Of a DNA stretch of 64,000 nt, positions 1 to 8,440 are shown piece after piece (positions within the stretch are counted from its first letter, which is position 1; each line of letters opens with the position of its first letter). The notes beneath the pieces are model-generated. The model saw nothing but the letters and a program-made list of their open reading frames with translations, was not told where the DNA came from and made no database searches. A program made the translations under genes and the position numbers. The stretch is taken from positions 1 through 64,000 of the IMG/VR virus record IMGVR_UViG_3300045988_164842; one strand, written 5' to 3'. Source of the stretch: a virus.

Positions 1-124
1 AAAGAGGTGGAAGCCTTTGATAGATTGCAGGACGGTTTTTTTCATGTGTTCTGCTTTTTATGTTCGTATTTGCATTATATCACATAATGAAAAAAAAAGC
101 AATAGGAAATACAAATATTTTTTT

Positions 125-151
125 ACCGTCCGTTTGGGCGGTATTTTTTTT
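125..151 (+). terminator. intrinsic terminator candidate
   Basis: Stem ACCGTC(125-130)/GGCGGT(137-142) with a 6-nt loop, followed by a T8 run (144-151). Confidence 0.6.
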
Positions 152-583
152 GCCTTTAACCTCGTAAAGTTTTTGTGTGTGGTGTATTTTTTTATTGCGG
201 TATGTGTATATTGTTGTGCTACCTTGTTGTACTTTTAGTGACGGTATTCATAAGAAAATTATGTCGCTTTTGAATACTTGTAGTGTGGCATTTTAAGAAA
301 GATGTTACGGCTAACCGACTTCAACCCCTTGAAATTGCGTGGCTCACAACTCTCTACAACAAGGTTAGTACAACAGGGGATTATAACAAGAGAATAAGAT
401 AACAATGGGGATACAACAACTTCTATAACGGCGGCGGCGAAAAGAACGAGAGCCTTTGGGTGACGGGGTGAGTAAACTGTTAAAGAGGAGGTTGTCAAAA
501 CCTACCCTCTTTAGCTCTCTTTTTTCTATTAAAGGCGAAATGACTGGGAGTAAGTGTAATCGTATATATAACAATGCGTAAAA

Positions 584-644
584 TTGTACAATTGTACGAT
601 TATGGTTTATAATACTTGCCTTTTAGTATGAAATGATATATAAT
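584..644 (+). promoter_or_regulatory. tandem sigma70-like promoters with palindromic operator upstream of 703..1206
   Basis: TTGTAC(584-589)-18 nt-TATAAT(608-613) and TTGCCT(616-621)-17 nt-TATAAT(639-644). A perfect 12-bp palindrome GTACAATTGTAC (586-597) overlaps the first -35. Confidence 0.5.
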
Positions 645-702
645 ATAGACAGCCAGAGGGGATAGTGAGGAATCCCCATTAAAACCTCACAGGAAGGAAA
701 GT

Positions 703-1206
703 ATGAGAAAAATTATATTCACAAAAGACCATATATATGGCGTTGACGTTGACGGATACGGATACTTCATATATATAGGAGCAGTCGCAAGTAGGGCGAC
801 TTTGGAAACAATCCCTACTATCGTCACAGATGATGACGACGATTATGCTGTCGTAATCGAAAAAATCACCCTTGACTTCCGAAAGGGTGAAGGTAAGATG
901 TGTGACATAGGCGTTGACTATCTTACCGCAGACCTTGAAGAACAGCTCGGCTTAGAGTTTGCCGGAGAAGAACTCTATGCGGAAATTGGCATAGATTTTA
1001 ACAAGTACCCAGGTTACGTTTCAGAAATTGCAGAGCTTAAGGAAAATGGATATTCGGAAGAAGATATCGACAAATATGTTGAGGAAGAATATTCAAACAT
1101 AGAACAAGAGTTTGACTTATTTGTTGCACTTCCGAATTTAAAGCGACAAATAATCGAACAAGCAAAAAAAAGAGGCATTCCGAGCGAAGCCTTGGAATTC
1201 CCGTAA
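703..1206 (+). CDS. hypothetical acidic protein (167 aa)
   Basis: ATG preceded by a GGAAGGAAAG RBS. Asp/Glu-rich, with no recognisable catalytic motif. Confidence 0.6.
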   Translation: MRKIIFTKDHIYGVDVDGYGYFIYIGAVASRATLETIPTIVTDDDDDYAVVIEKITLDFRKGEGKMCDIGVDYLTADLEEQLGLEFAGEELYAEIGIDFNKYPGYVSEIAELKENGYSEEDIDKYVEEEYSNIEQEFDLFVALPNLKRQIIEQAKKRGIPSEALEFP

Positions 1207-1378
1207 ATAGTTTATTTTTGCCTACAGTGAAGCGTTTTAGCTGTGGGCATAGTTTCCATGAAAAAAAGCCACGGCGTTTAATAGCGTGGCTGTAGAACGA
1301 AATAAACAGCATTGTGGTATGCATGAAAGGACTGATATGAAATGACTACAAAAACATACAACACTCCTGTCGGATTGC

Positions 1379-1407
1379 TTGACAAGCATAACTTAAAGTT
1401 GTAAAAT
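1379..1407 (+). promoter_or_regulatory. sigma70-like promoter for 1425..2342
   Basis: TTGACA(1379-1384)-17 nt-TAAAAT(1402-1407). Confidence 0.65.
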
Positions 1408-1424
1408 CGCATTGAGGTGATAAT

Positions 1425-2342
1425 ATGGAAAGCAAGTATAAGGTAATGGCGATAGAGAAAGCTGTAGTAAAAAGATTTCCGGAAGCAAGGAAACCACACT
1501 CTGTGGATTATGATGAAGCAAAAGATTTCATGTTTGAGTTCAAAGCTGATGGTGAAGCTTATACGTCTGCGGTAGTTCCTTACATATGTGATTGGAGAGA
1601 ATTCCGTCAGATTTACAACTTTGACCCAGACCTTGAAAATGAACTGGTTTCAAATTTTCAGAAAGACTTTGAATATCCTGTCGAATTTCTTTTCGGTCTA
1701 CCGTGCAATGTTTTTGTTCTGAAGACAAAAGAGAGTGAATTTATTATCAGAAGCGTTCCTGAGAAAAGACACTTTGCAATATTTGACTTACAGGCTCAAG
1801 CTGAATTTCTTATGGACGTAGAACAAGAAATGAAAACATTTTCTTATCGTAGTCTTGTAAAATCTGAAGGTGTTTCAAAGGAAACGTGGGATGGCTGTGG
1901 CGGTAACACTGACGGTGTGATTTTGAACTTCTTGTTGTTAAGCAAGGTCAAAAGAAATGCGTGCCGTACTGTATTTCCACTCGTAGTTTATCTTTCATAT
2001 GTAAACGCTGATATCAAGCCATATCAGCCCACTGCAAAACGTAAAGCTCCTGTAGGTGCAATATCGCAGATGATACAGGAAAACGCTGTCGGTTTACGTA
2101 TAGGCTCTGTTCTTCGTAAAACAAATCAGATAATAAAAGAGATTAACGAAGATGTTGAAGCGGAGAAACAATCGGGCGAAAAGAAACCACGTAAGAAAAT
2201 GATTGCCCATATCAGACGTGGACACCCACACCGTTATTGGTGCAATGACGAAGACGGTTCAAAGAAACTTGTGGTGCGTTGGGTTGAAACGACTGTGGTT
2301 AATGGCGACATAGAAACCGCAACAATACATGAAGTAAAGTGA
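1425..2342 (+). CDS. hypothetical protein; paralog of 34824..35867 (shared C-terminal basic motif)
   Basis: GAGGTGATAAT RBS. C-terminus HIRRGHPHRYWCNDEDGSKKLVVRWVETTVVNG aligns with MRKAHFHHYWVNDNIAGKKKLILKWLAPILVNG of 34824..35867. LVVYLSYVNADI also aligns with LVLYVSSVNAEI. Confidence 0.75.
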   Translation: MESKYKVMAIEKAVVKRFPEARKPHSVDYDEAKDFMFEFKADGEAYTSAVVPYICDWREFRQIYNFDPDLENELVSNFQKDFEYPVEFLFGLPCNVFVLKTKESEFIIRSVPEKRHFAIFDLQAQAEFLMDVEQEMKTFSYRSLVKSEGVSKETWDGCGGNTDGVILNFLLLSKVKRNACRTVFPLVVYLSYVNADIKPYQPTAKRKAPVGAISQMIQENAVGLRIGSVLRKTNQIIKEINEDVEAEKQSGEKKPRKKMIAHIRRGHPHRYWCNDEDGSKKLVVRWVETTVVNGDIETATIHEVK

Positions 2343-2383
2343 AAAAAATAAGGCGTGAGAATAACTCACGCCTTATTTTTATT
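2343..2383. terminator. bidirectional intrinsic terminator
   Basis: 10-bp stem AAGGCGTGAG(2350-2359)/CTCACGCCTT(2365-2374), with an A-run upstream and ATTTTTATT downstream. Confidence 0.8.
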
Positions 2384-2422
2384 ACCCCTCTGAGTGCGGA
2401 CATCTCGCCATACCCCCATCTC

Positions 2423-2599
2423 TTATCTGCTGTGGCTGACCTTTTCAGCAATTAAAATAACAACATTAAGCACAAAAAGAAGACTGAGTATTGCGTTGCT
2501 TGCGATAAGGTCATACATTCCTACAGCAAATGCTTTCAAAGCTGGCAATGTGTCTACAACAAAGCCTAAACCTTCGAAGGCATTTTTAATTAATTCCAT
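2423..2599 (-). CDS. small membrane protein (58 aa)
   Basis: Internal ATG of ORF 2423..2632 preceded by AGAGGTGATAAT. Begins MELIKNAF and has a hydrophobic C-terminal helix AILSLLFVLNVVILIA. Confidence 0.5.
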   Translation of the reverse strand: MELIKNAFEGLGFVVDTLPALKAFAVGMYDLIASNAILSLLFVLNVVILIAEKVSHSR

Positions 2600-2727
2600 A
2601 TTATCACCTCTTTTCTGTTCAGAAGTATACATAAATTATACCACTTTTTCTGACAGAAAGCAAGGAGTTTCCGAGGAAAACATTTCGACATGGTTCGACA
2701 AAATTCGACACAACAGGGGCAAAAAAA

Positions 2728-3282
2728 TTATTTCATGCTGTCAATAAAAGGCTTGAACTGCTGAAATACCTGACGTTCACGGGGGTCAGTAAGAAACTTT
2801 CTTCGCTCGTACAGGATTTCCATTCGCTCAGCTCTTATCCTTGCGGAAGTCATGCTGATATCACACACTTTTGCGATTTCTTCCGGTGTGTGCAAACCGA
2901 GTCCCCACAGCACACAGGCAGGAGCAAGAATACCAATTGCAAAGCGTTCAGCCTGATACTCCTGTTCCGCCGATGTCAGAGTAGGCATACCACTAAGCGT
3001 GTGACCAAGAACGATGTGACCAATTTCGTGAGCTATTGTGTAACGTGTCGTCTGTCTGGGTAAGTTGGGGCTTACAGCTATAATAGTCATACCGTTTTGG
3101 TGGATTGTTGCTCCGTAGCCTTTCAGTGAAACAATCTTTCGAGTTTTATCTGCAAAGACTTTAATGTCCATGCTGGTTGTTATGCTTTTTAAGTCAATCG
3201 GCAATTTTCCAATTTGATGGTCGATAAGGAACTGCCAGCTTGCATTTCTTACATCTTTGTAGATTCTGTAATTGTTCGTCAT
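2728..3282 (-). CDS. ImmA/IrrE-family zinc metallopeptidase
   Basis: HEXXH motif in IAHEIGHIVLGH. Start MTNNYRIYK is preceded by GGAGGTGATAAT. Sits next to XRE-type repressors. Confidence 0.8.
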   Translation of the reverse strand: MTNNYRIYKDVRNASWQFLIDHQIGKLPIDLKSITTSMDIKVFADKTRKIVSLKGYGATIHQNGMTIIAVSPNLPRQTTRYTIAHEIGHIVLGHTLSGMPTLTSAEQEYQAERFAIGILAPACVLWGLGLHTPEEIAKVCDISMTSARIRAERMEILYERRKFLTDPRERQVFQQFKPFIDSMK

Positions 3283-3441
3283 ATTATCACCTCCAAGCCC
3301 TATTTTACAGAGTTTGCAGGTGTTTGTCATTGCAAAATATATAGCAAAAATTATAGCAATATTATACTGTTTTACTTCCAGTAAAACGAAAAATATTTTC
3401 AAAATCACAGGTTTTTGTATCAAATAACACCTTTTGAGAAT

Positions 3442-3487
3442 AAAAAAATATACCACCATATCACAGTCAAGCGGTATAGTGGTATAT
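3442..3487 (-). terminator. intrinsic terminator after 3526..3906
   Basis: Arms ATATACCACCATA(3448-3460)/TATAGTGGTATAT(3475-3487) with one mismatch, followed on the minus strand by a T7 run (A-run 3442-3448 on +). Confidence 0.6.
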
Positions 3488-3525
3488 TAGAAAGTAACTA
3501 TTGAGGCAGGTTTCTTTCACTTTGA

Positions 3526-3906
3526 TTATGTCTGGCTATTTTCTTTTGTGCGTTTTTCTTTATTTGCGACTATCTTTTCAGCGAAGATAACAAAGCTCTC
3601 TCTGAATTTTGGTTCAGATTCAAGATAAGTTTGCATAAATAATTTCTCAAGTTCAGACAAACCGAATTCTTTTACAAGTATTTCGATGCCATTGGGGTTG
3701 CTTTCTCTTTCCAGTAGATAGTCTGTGGACACTCCGTAGAAATCTGCGAGTCTGCATAGAACATCTGTACTCACATCTCGTTCGCCATACTCATAAGAAA
3801 TATACGCTCTGGCATTAATTCCAACACCATCGGCTACCTGAGATTTTGTGAGATTCCTTGTTTCTCTTAATTCCTTTAAGCGATTTTTAAGCACATCTAA
3901 ACACAT
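3526..3906 (-). CDS. XRE-family HTH transcriptional regulator
   Basis: N-terminal HTH LKELRETRNLTKSQVADGVGINARAYISYEYGERDVSTDVLCRLADFYGVSTDYLL. First ATG is at 3906; the track start at 3936 is a TTG. Confidence 0.75.
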   Translation of the reverse strand: MCLDVLKNRLKELRETRNLTKSQVADGVGINARAYISYEYGERDVSTDVLCRLADFYGVSTDYLLERESNPNGIEILVKEFGLSELEKLFMQTYLESEPKFRESFVIFAEKIVANKEKRTKENSQT

Positions 3907-4012
3907 CTCTTTCTTTTGTGTTACATACAAATACAAATATTATCTTATTTGTAAATTCAAAATAAAAATACGCCATCATACTTCCTGAGAGATATGATGG
4001 CACTTCTTCTTG

Positions 4013-4555
4013 TTAATAATCTACATCGTCTGGTTGGTTCATGATGTCGTCAAGTTCTTCTTGTGTCAAGATTATGTCTGTAGGCTCTCCGTCTTTACGT
4101 CCGACTTTTCTGAAAGAAAAAGTTTTATTGCTTTCAATTTCTTTTGGTTTTTCTGGCTTGTCTTCGTCTGATTTTTCAGTCAAAACTTTGTCAAGACCTG
4201 TCAGACCGATGAGTTTTGAGAGAGCTTTCAGTAATGTGTTACGGAAATCCATTCTTTCTTTTTTATTCAGATTAAGGTAGCCATCAATAATAGCTTTATC
4301 TAAGTCATCATCTGACATAGCTGAAACGTTTTCTGACATCTTTTCGGTGTCTAAGCCAAAGAAGTAATCAATCGAAACGTTATAAAATTTAGCTAACGCA
4401 TACAATTGTTCGTAGTTAAGTTGATTTACTCCTGTTTCGTATCTATTATATGCTTGACGGGAACGTTGCACAACTTTAGCAACATCATCAGATGTATAGC
4501 CATGAGCATCTCTGATTTCTTTCAACCTTTTGGTGACAGTTTTTAATACGTCCAT
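4013..4555 (-). CDS. XRE-family repressor-like protein with acidic C-terminal extension
   Basis: Start MDVLKTVTKRLKEIRDAHGYTSDDVAKVV is preceded by AAAGGAGGTGAAAGAT. HTH_3-type N-terminus. Divergent from the early + strand operon. Confidence 0.75.
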   Translation of the reverse strand: MDVLKTVTKRLKEIRDAHGYTSDDVAKVVQRSRQAYNRYETGVNQLNYEQLYALAKFYNVSIDYFFGLDTEKMSENVSAMSDDDLDKAIIDGYLNLNKKERMDFRNTLLKALSKLIGLTGLDKVLTEKSDEDKPEKPKEIESNKTFSFRKVGRKDGEPTDIILTQEELDDIMNQPDDVDY

Positions 4556-4584
4556 ATCTTTCACCTCCTTTCTACTATTATAGT

Positions 4585-4713
4585 ATGCACGGAAAGTGAG
4601 CAAAAGTCAATAAGTTTACTCAGAAAACGTGCATAATGCACAAAAAAATGACGAATTTTCATGCAATTTTTAAACCAGAAAAGTATTGACAAACAGCGAA
4701 AAACGAGTATAAT
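4585..4713. promoter_or_regulatory. divergent switch region: operators plus near-consensus rightward promoter
   Basis: TTGACA(4686-4691)-16 nt-TATAAT(4708-4713). Palindrome GTGCATAATGCAC (4629-4641), plus ATGCAC half-site at 4585-4590 and ATGCAA at 4661-4666. Confidence 0.65.
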
Positions 4714-4851
4714 AATAACTGTAATCAGTGTTTCCTGTTCATCATGAGAATTGCTTTAAAAATCATGAGCAGAAAAGATAAAGAGAAACTCTATAGAAAA
4801 TTCTTTTCTTGATTAAAGACGGTATCTTGAAAATTGAAAAGGAGAGATAAT

Positions 4852-5598
4852 ATGGATTTACAAATTTTTGAAAATTCAGATTTCGGGAAAATCCGAGTTG
4901 TCGAAATTGACGGTGAAGCGTGGTTTGTACTCACAGACGTTTGCAAGACTTTAAACTTAACAAGTCCTCACAAAGTTGCAGATAGACTTGAAGAAGACGA
5001 AAAGGGTAGGAGTCAAATTCCTACCCTTGGCGGAACACAGGGAATGACAGTTGTTAATGAATCAGGGCTTTACGCTGTTATCCTTCGTTCTGATAAGCCA
5101 CAGGCTAAACCATTCAGGAAGTGGATTACTCCCGAGGTAATTCCGTCAATCCGTAAAACTGGCTCATACTCAGTTAATCAGACTGACAGCTACATGATTT
5201 CCGACCCTATCAAGCGTGCAGAGCGTTGGATAGAAGAAGAAAAGGTTCGTCAGGCGTTGGCTCTTAAGGTCGAAAGTCAGTCAAAGGAAATCAAAATCAT
5301 GCAGCCAAAAGCGGATTACTTTGATGACCTTGTTGACAGAAATCTTCTTACGGGTTTTCGTGAAACCGCAAAGGAACTCAAAGTTGGTGAAAGAAACTTC
5401 ATTAAGTTTTTACTCGACAACAAGTTTGTGTTCAGAGATGGTAACAAAAAGCTTATGCCATATGCCAATAAAAATGACGGACTGTTTGAAGTTAAGAAAG
5501 TCAAAAGCTCAAAGTCTTCATGGAGCGGTGTTCGCACTATGATAACTCCAAAAGGCAGAGAAACTTTCAGACTTCTTATGAAAAGGAGTAAGGCATGA
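4852..5598 (+). CDS. BRO-N domain / KilAC-type antirepressor-like protein
   Basis: Start MDLQIFENSDFGKIRVVEIDGEAWF follows GGAGAGATAAT. BRO-N signature NESGLYAVILRSDKPQAKPFRKWITPEVIPSIRK. C-terminal KPKADYFDDLVDRNLLTGFRETAKEL is KilAC-like. Confidence 0.8.
   Translation: MDLQIFENSDFGKIRVVEIDGEAWFVLTDVCKTLNLTSPHKVADRLEEDEKGRSQIPTLGGTQGMTVVNESGLYAVILRSDKPQAKPFRKWITPEVIPSIRKTGSYSVNQTDSYMISDPIKRAERWIEEEKVRQALALKVESQSKEIKIMQPKADYFDDLVDRNLLTGFRETAKELKVGERNFIKFLLDNKFVFRDGNKKLMPYANKNDGLFEVKKVKSSKSSWSGVRTMITPKGRETFRLLMKRSKA
5062..5117. repeat. 56-bp inverted repeat partner (pairs with 30199..30254)
   Basis: 55/56 identity to the reverse complement of 30199..30254, inside two BRO-N paralogs on opposite strands. 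Confidence 0.8.
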
Positions 5599-6668
5599 AG
5601 GTATTAAGCCTGTTTGACGGAATTTCTTGCGGAATGGTAGCTCTTGAACGCACAGGTATTCCTGTAGAAGTTTATGATGCCTTTGAAATTGACAAGTACG
5701 CAATATCAATTTCAAGTAAGAATTATCCCGAAATCAATCATCACGGCAATGTATTTGACGGTGATTTTACACAGTTTAAGGGCTATAACTTACTGCTTGG
5801 TGGTTCACCTTGCACATACTGGTCTATCGCAAAGAAAGGAAGAGAAATTACTTCTGATGGTGTTGGTGGAACACTTTTTATGGAGTATGTTCGTGCTTTG
5901 CGTGAAAGTGAGTGCAGGTATTTCCTTTACGAAAATAATAACAGTATACATCAAAACATAAAGGATTTTATCTCCAAGCAACTTGGTGTGAAACCTATAA
6001 TGATAAATTCAGCTCTTGTGTCAGCACAGCAAAGAAGACGTTGTTACTGGACGAATATCCCGAACATTACACAGCCCGATGATAAGGGCATTATGCTTGC
6101 GGATATTTTGGAAGACGGCTTGCCGTGGCAGGACAAAAGCTATTGTATGACTTCATCTTACAACGGTGCTGTGTTATATAACACTTTGGAGAGAAAACAG
6201 CGGACAATGGTTGCTGTTCCGATTTATGGAGCTGCACAAAGAGGAAGATACATTGCTACAGGTCAGACTGAACAGCGAATCGAAGTACGAAAAGATGAAA
6301 AATCCAACTGCTTGACAACTATACAGAAAGACTCTTTGGTCTGTAAACCGGTTCGTATAGGTACATTCGGCAACGGTGGACAAGGACAACGAATCTATTC
6401 TGTTCGTGGAAAGTCTATTACCTTAACTGCAAATGGTGGAGGTCGGGGAGGGAAAACAGGTTTGTATAAAATCGACTTGCCCGATGGTGACTATATTATT
6501 CGAAAGCTGACACCTGTGGAAGCTGAAAGATTGCAGACTTTACCTGATAACTATACGGCAGGAGTTTCTAACACTCAGAGGTATAAATGTATTGGGAACG
6601 GATGGACAGTTGATGTAATCGCCCATATCTTAAAAAAACTTAAAGGAGTAAGACATGAACGGAATTGA
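5595..6668 (+). CDS. DNA (cytosine-5)-methyltransferase
   Basis: Motif I LSLFDGISCG, motif IV GGSPCTYWS, motif VI FLYENN, motif VIII QQRRR, motif X GNGWTV. Confidence 0.9.
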   Translation: MKVLSLFDGISCGMVALERTGIPVEVYDAFEIDKYAISISSKNYPEINHHGNVFDGDFTQFKGYNLLLGGSPCTYWSIAKKGREITSDGVGGTLFMEYVRALRESECRYFLYENNNSIHQNIKDFISKQLGVKPIMINSALVSAQQRRRCYWTNIPNITQPDDKGIMLADILEDGLPWQDKSYCMTSSYNGAVLYNTLERKQRTMVAVPIYGAAQRGRYIATGQTEQRIEVRKDEKSNCLTTIQKDSLVCKPVRIGTFGNGGQGQRIYSVRGKSITLTANGGGRGGKTGLYKIDLPDGDYIIRKLTPVEAERLQTLPDNYTAGVSNTQRYKCIGNGWTVDVIAHILKKLKGVRHERN

Positions 6669-7386
6669 AATTTATAAAAACACTGAATTCGGCGAAGTGA
6701 GAACTTACATAGACGAAAACGGCGAAGTAATGTTCTGCGGGAAAGATGTAGCTACGGCTTTGGGTTATAAAGATACGAATTATGCTTTGAAACTTCATTG
6801 TAGAAAAGATGAAATTAAGAAACATCTTTTTGCTACTAATAGTGGAAAACAGGAGTTTAACTGCATATCCGAAAGAAATCTTTGTAGGCTGATAATTCAC
6901 AGTAAGCTCCCGTCTGCTGAAAGATTTGAAAAGTGGGTATTTGATGAAATACTTCCGAGCGTAAGACAGTCACCATACTACGAAGAGCTTCTTCAGATGT
7001 TCAAAGCTGAAAGGGAAAGAAATAATAAACTTGAACTTCTGTTTCTGGCTCAGAAACAAATGATAGCTGAAAAAGATAGCAGGATTGATTATCGTGACGT
7101 GATACTTGTTCATGAGAAACCTGTAAGTTTTTCAGAAATCGCAAAAGACTATGGCATTACAACTGTTTGGCTTAAAGATTTTCTTGCAGATAAGAACATT
7201 CTCTTTAGCAAAAAAGGCAAACAGTTCTTACGTCCACAATACGCTAATCAGGGTTATACGGTGACGGAAATTGAAGATGATGAAGTGAGTGTAAGATGGA
7301 CACAAAAAGGAAGATTGTTTCTTTACAGGTTTTTAAAAGAGAATTCCATTCTTCCAACAATCGAAAAGGAGGGATACCATGAATGA
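6655..7386 (+). CDS. BRO-N domain antirepressor-like protein
   Basis: N-terminus IEIYKNTEFGEVRTYIDENGEVMFCGKDVATALGY and SKLPSAERFEKWVFDEILPSVRQ. C-terminal part resembles the C-terminus of 7379..8185 (WTQKGRLFLY). Confidence 0.75.
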   Translation: MNGIEIYKNTEFGEVRTYIDENGEVMFCGKDVATALGYKDTNYALKLHCRKDEIKKHLFATNSGKQEFNCISERNLCRLIIHSKLPSAERFEKWVFDEILPSVRQSPYYEELLQMFKAERERNNKLELLFLAQKQMIAEKDSRIDYRDVILVHEKPVSFSEIAKDYGITTVWLKDFLADKNILFSKKGKQFLRPQYANQGYTVTEIEDDEVSVRWTQKGRLFLYRFLKENSILPTIEKEGYHE

Positions 7387-8185
7387 TATTCAAATTTTTG
7401 AAAATTCAGAGTTCGGAAAAATAAGAACTCTGAAAATTAATGGAGAACCGTGGTTTGTTGGAAAAGACATTGCAGAAAACCTCGGATATACAGAATCCGC
7501 AAAAGCAGTAAGAAAGTATGTTGACAGTGAAGATAAAGGGGTGTCCAAAATGGACACCCCCGGAGGAAAACAAGATATAATCATCATCAACGAAAGCGGT
7601 TTATACTCTCTCGTACTTTCAAGTAAGCTCCCAACAGCAAAGCAGTTCAAGCGTTGGGTTACTTCTGAGGTTCTTCCGTCAATCCGCAAGCACGGTGCTT
7701 ATATGTCAGAACAGGTTCTTGAAGAAGTCACGAAAAATCCAGACTTCATGATAGGACTGTTACAGAAGCTTAAAGCTGAGAAGAAAAAGAACGAAGAGCT
7801 TCAGACGGCTGTCATGGCACAATCCCGTCAGATATCAGAGATGAAACCAAAGGCGAGTTACTACGATATCGTTCTTAACTGCAAAGACCTTGTCAGCGTA
7901 ACTCAGATTGCGAAAGACTACGGCAAGTCTGCACAATGGCTGAACAACTTCCTTGCGGAAAAGAAAATTCAGTTTAAGAGAAATAAGAACTGGCTCTTAT
8001 ACCAGAAATACTCGGAAGCTGGATATGCGTCAACCAAAACGCAGATATTTAACGGACGTGATGGAGAAGTCCATACATCGGTACACACTTACTGGACACA
8101 AAAGGGACGACTTTTCTTGTACGGACTTTTGAAACAACATGGAGTTCTTCCGATAATTGAAAAAGAAAACCATGACGTACCTTGA
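7379..8185 (+). CDS. BRO-N / KilAC-type antirepressor-like protein
   Basis: IQIFENSEFGKIRTLKINGEPWFVGKDIA; NESGLYSLVLSSKLPTAKQFKRWVTSEVLPSIRKHG; C-terminal KPKASYYDIVLNCKDLVSVTQIAKDYG. Confidence 0.8.
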   Translation: MNDIQIFENSEFGKIRTLKINGEPWFVGKDIAENLGYTESAKAVRKYVDSEDKGVSKMDTPGGKQDIIIINESGLYSLVLSSKLPTAKQFKRWVTSEVLPSIRKHGAYMSEQVLEEVTKNPDFMIGLLQKLKAEKKKNEELQTAVMAQSRQISEMKPKASYYDIVLNCKDLVSVTQIAKDYGKSAQWLNNFLAEKKIQFKRNKNWLLYQKYSEAGYASTKTQIFNGRDGEVHTSVHTYWTQKGRLFLYGLLKQHGVLPIIEKENHDVP

Positions 8186-8199
8186 AAGGAGGTGAAAAC

Positions 8200-8436
8200 A
8201 TGATAGAGAGAGAAGAGCATGAATGTGAATTGACTATCTAAGCAGGCAATGATTTCGTTCAGTTCTCCATGGACGGCGACAATGCTGACATATTGAAAGT
8301 GTTAGCCTCTGTTGTTGATGTGGTCATCTGTGAAACAACAGAAGAAGGTAAAGAGATTGAAGCTCTCGAACGTCTATTCGCTGATGTGAAAGAAATGTTC
8401 AGAATAGAAGCGGAATTCAGAATGGAAAGGAGGTGA
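8200..8436 (+). CDS. paralog of 8441..8656 interrupted by an in-frame TAA (8239-8241): read-through candidate or pseudogene
   Basis: RBS and start GAAAGGAGGTGAAAACATGATAGA are identical to the next gene. MIEREEHECELTI*AGNDFVQFSMDGDNADILKVLAS aligns with MIEEHECVLKIEATEKSYNMHFEGTGEEILALLST. The downstream internal ATG at 8269 has no RBS. Confidence 0.5.
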
Positions 8437-8440
8437 AAAC

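Noticed and set aside
17-574. Track ORFs 17..238 (+), 259..498 (-) and 365..574 (-).
   Set aside because: No RBS and low-complexity or implausible sequence. They overlap a terminator and the TAYAAC repeat array.
2394-2747. A 117-aa plus-strand ORF overlapping the small membrane-protein gene and the ImmA 3' end.
   Set aside because: It starts inside the bidirectional terminator, has no RBS and has implausible composition.
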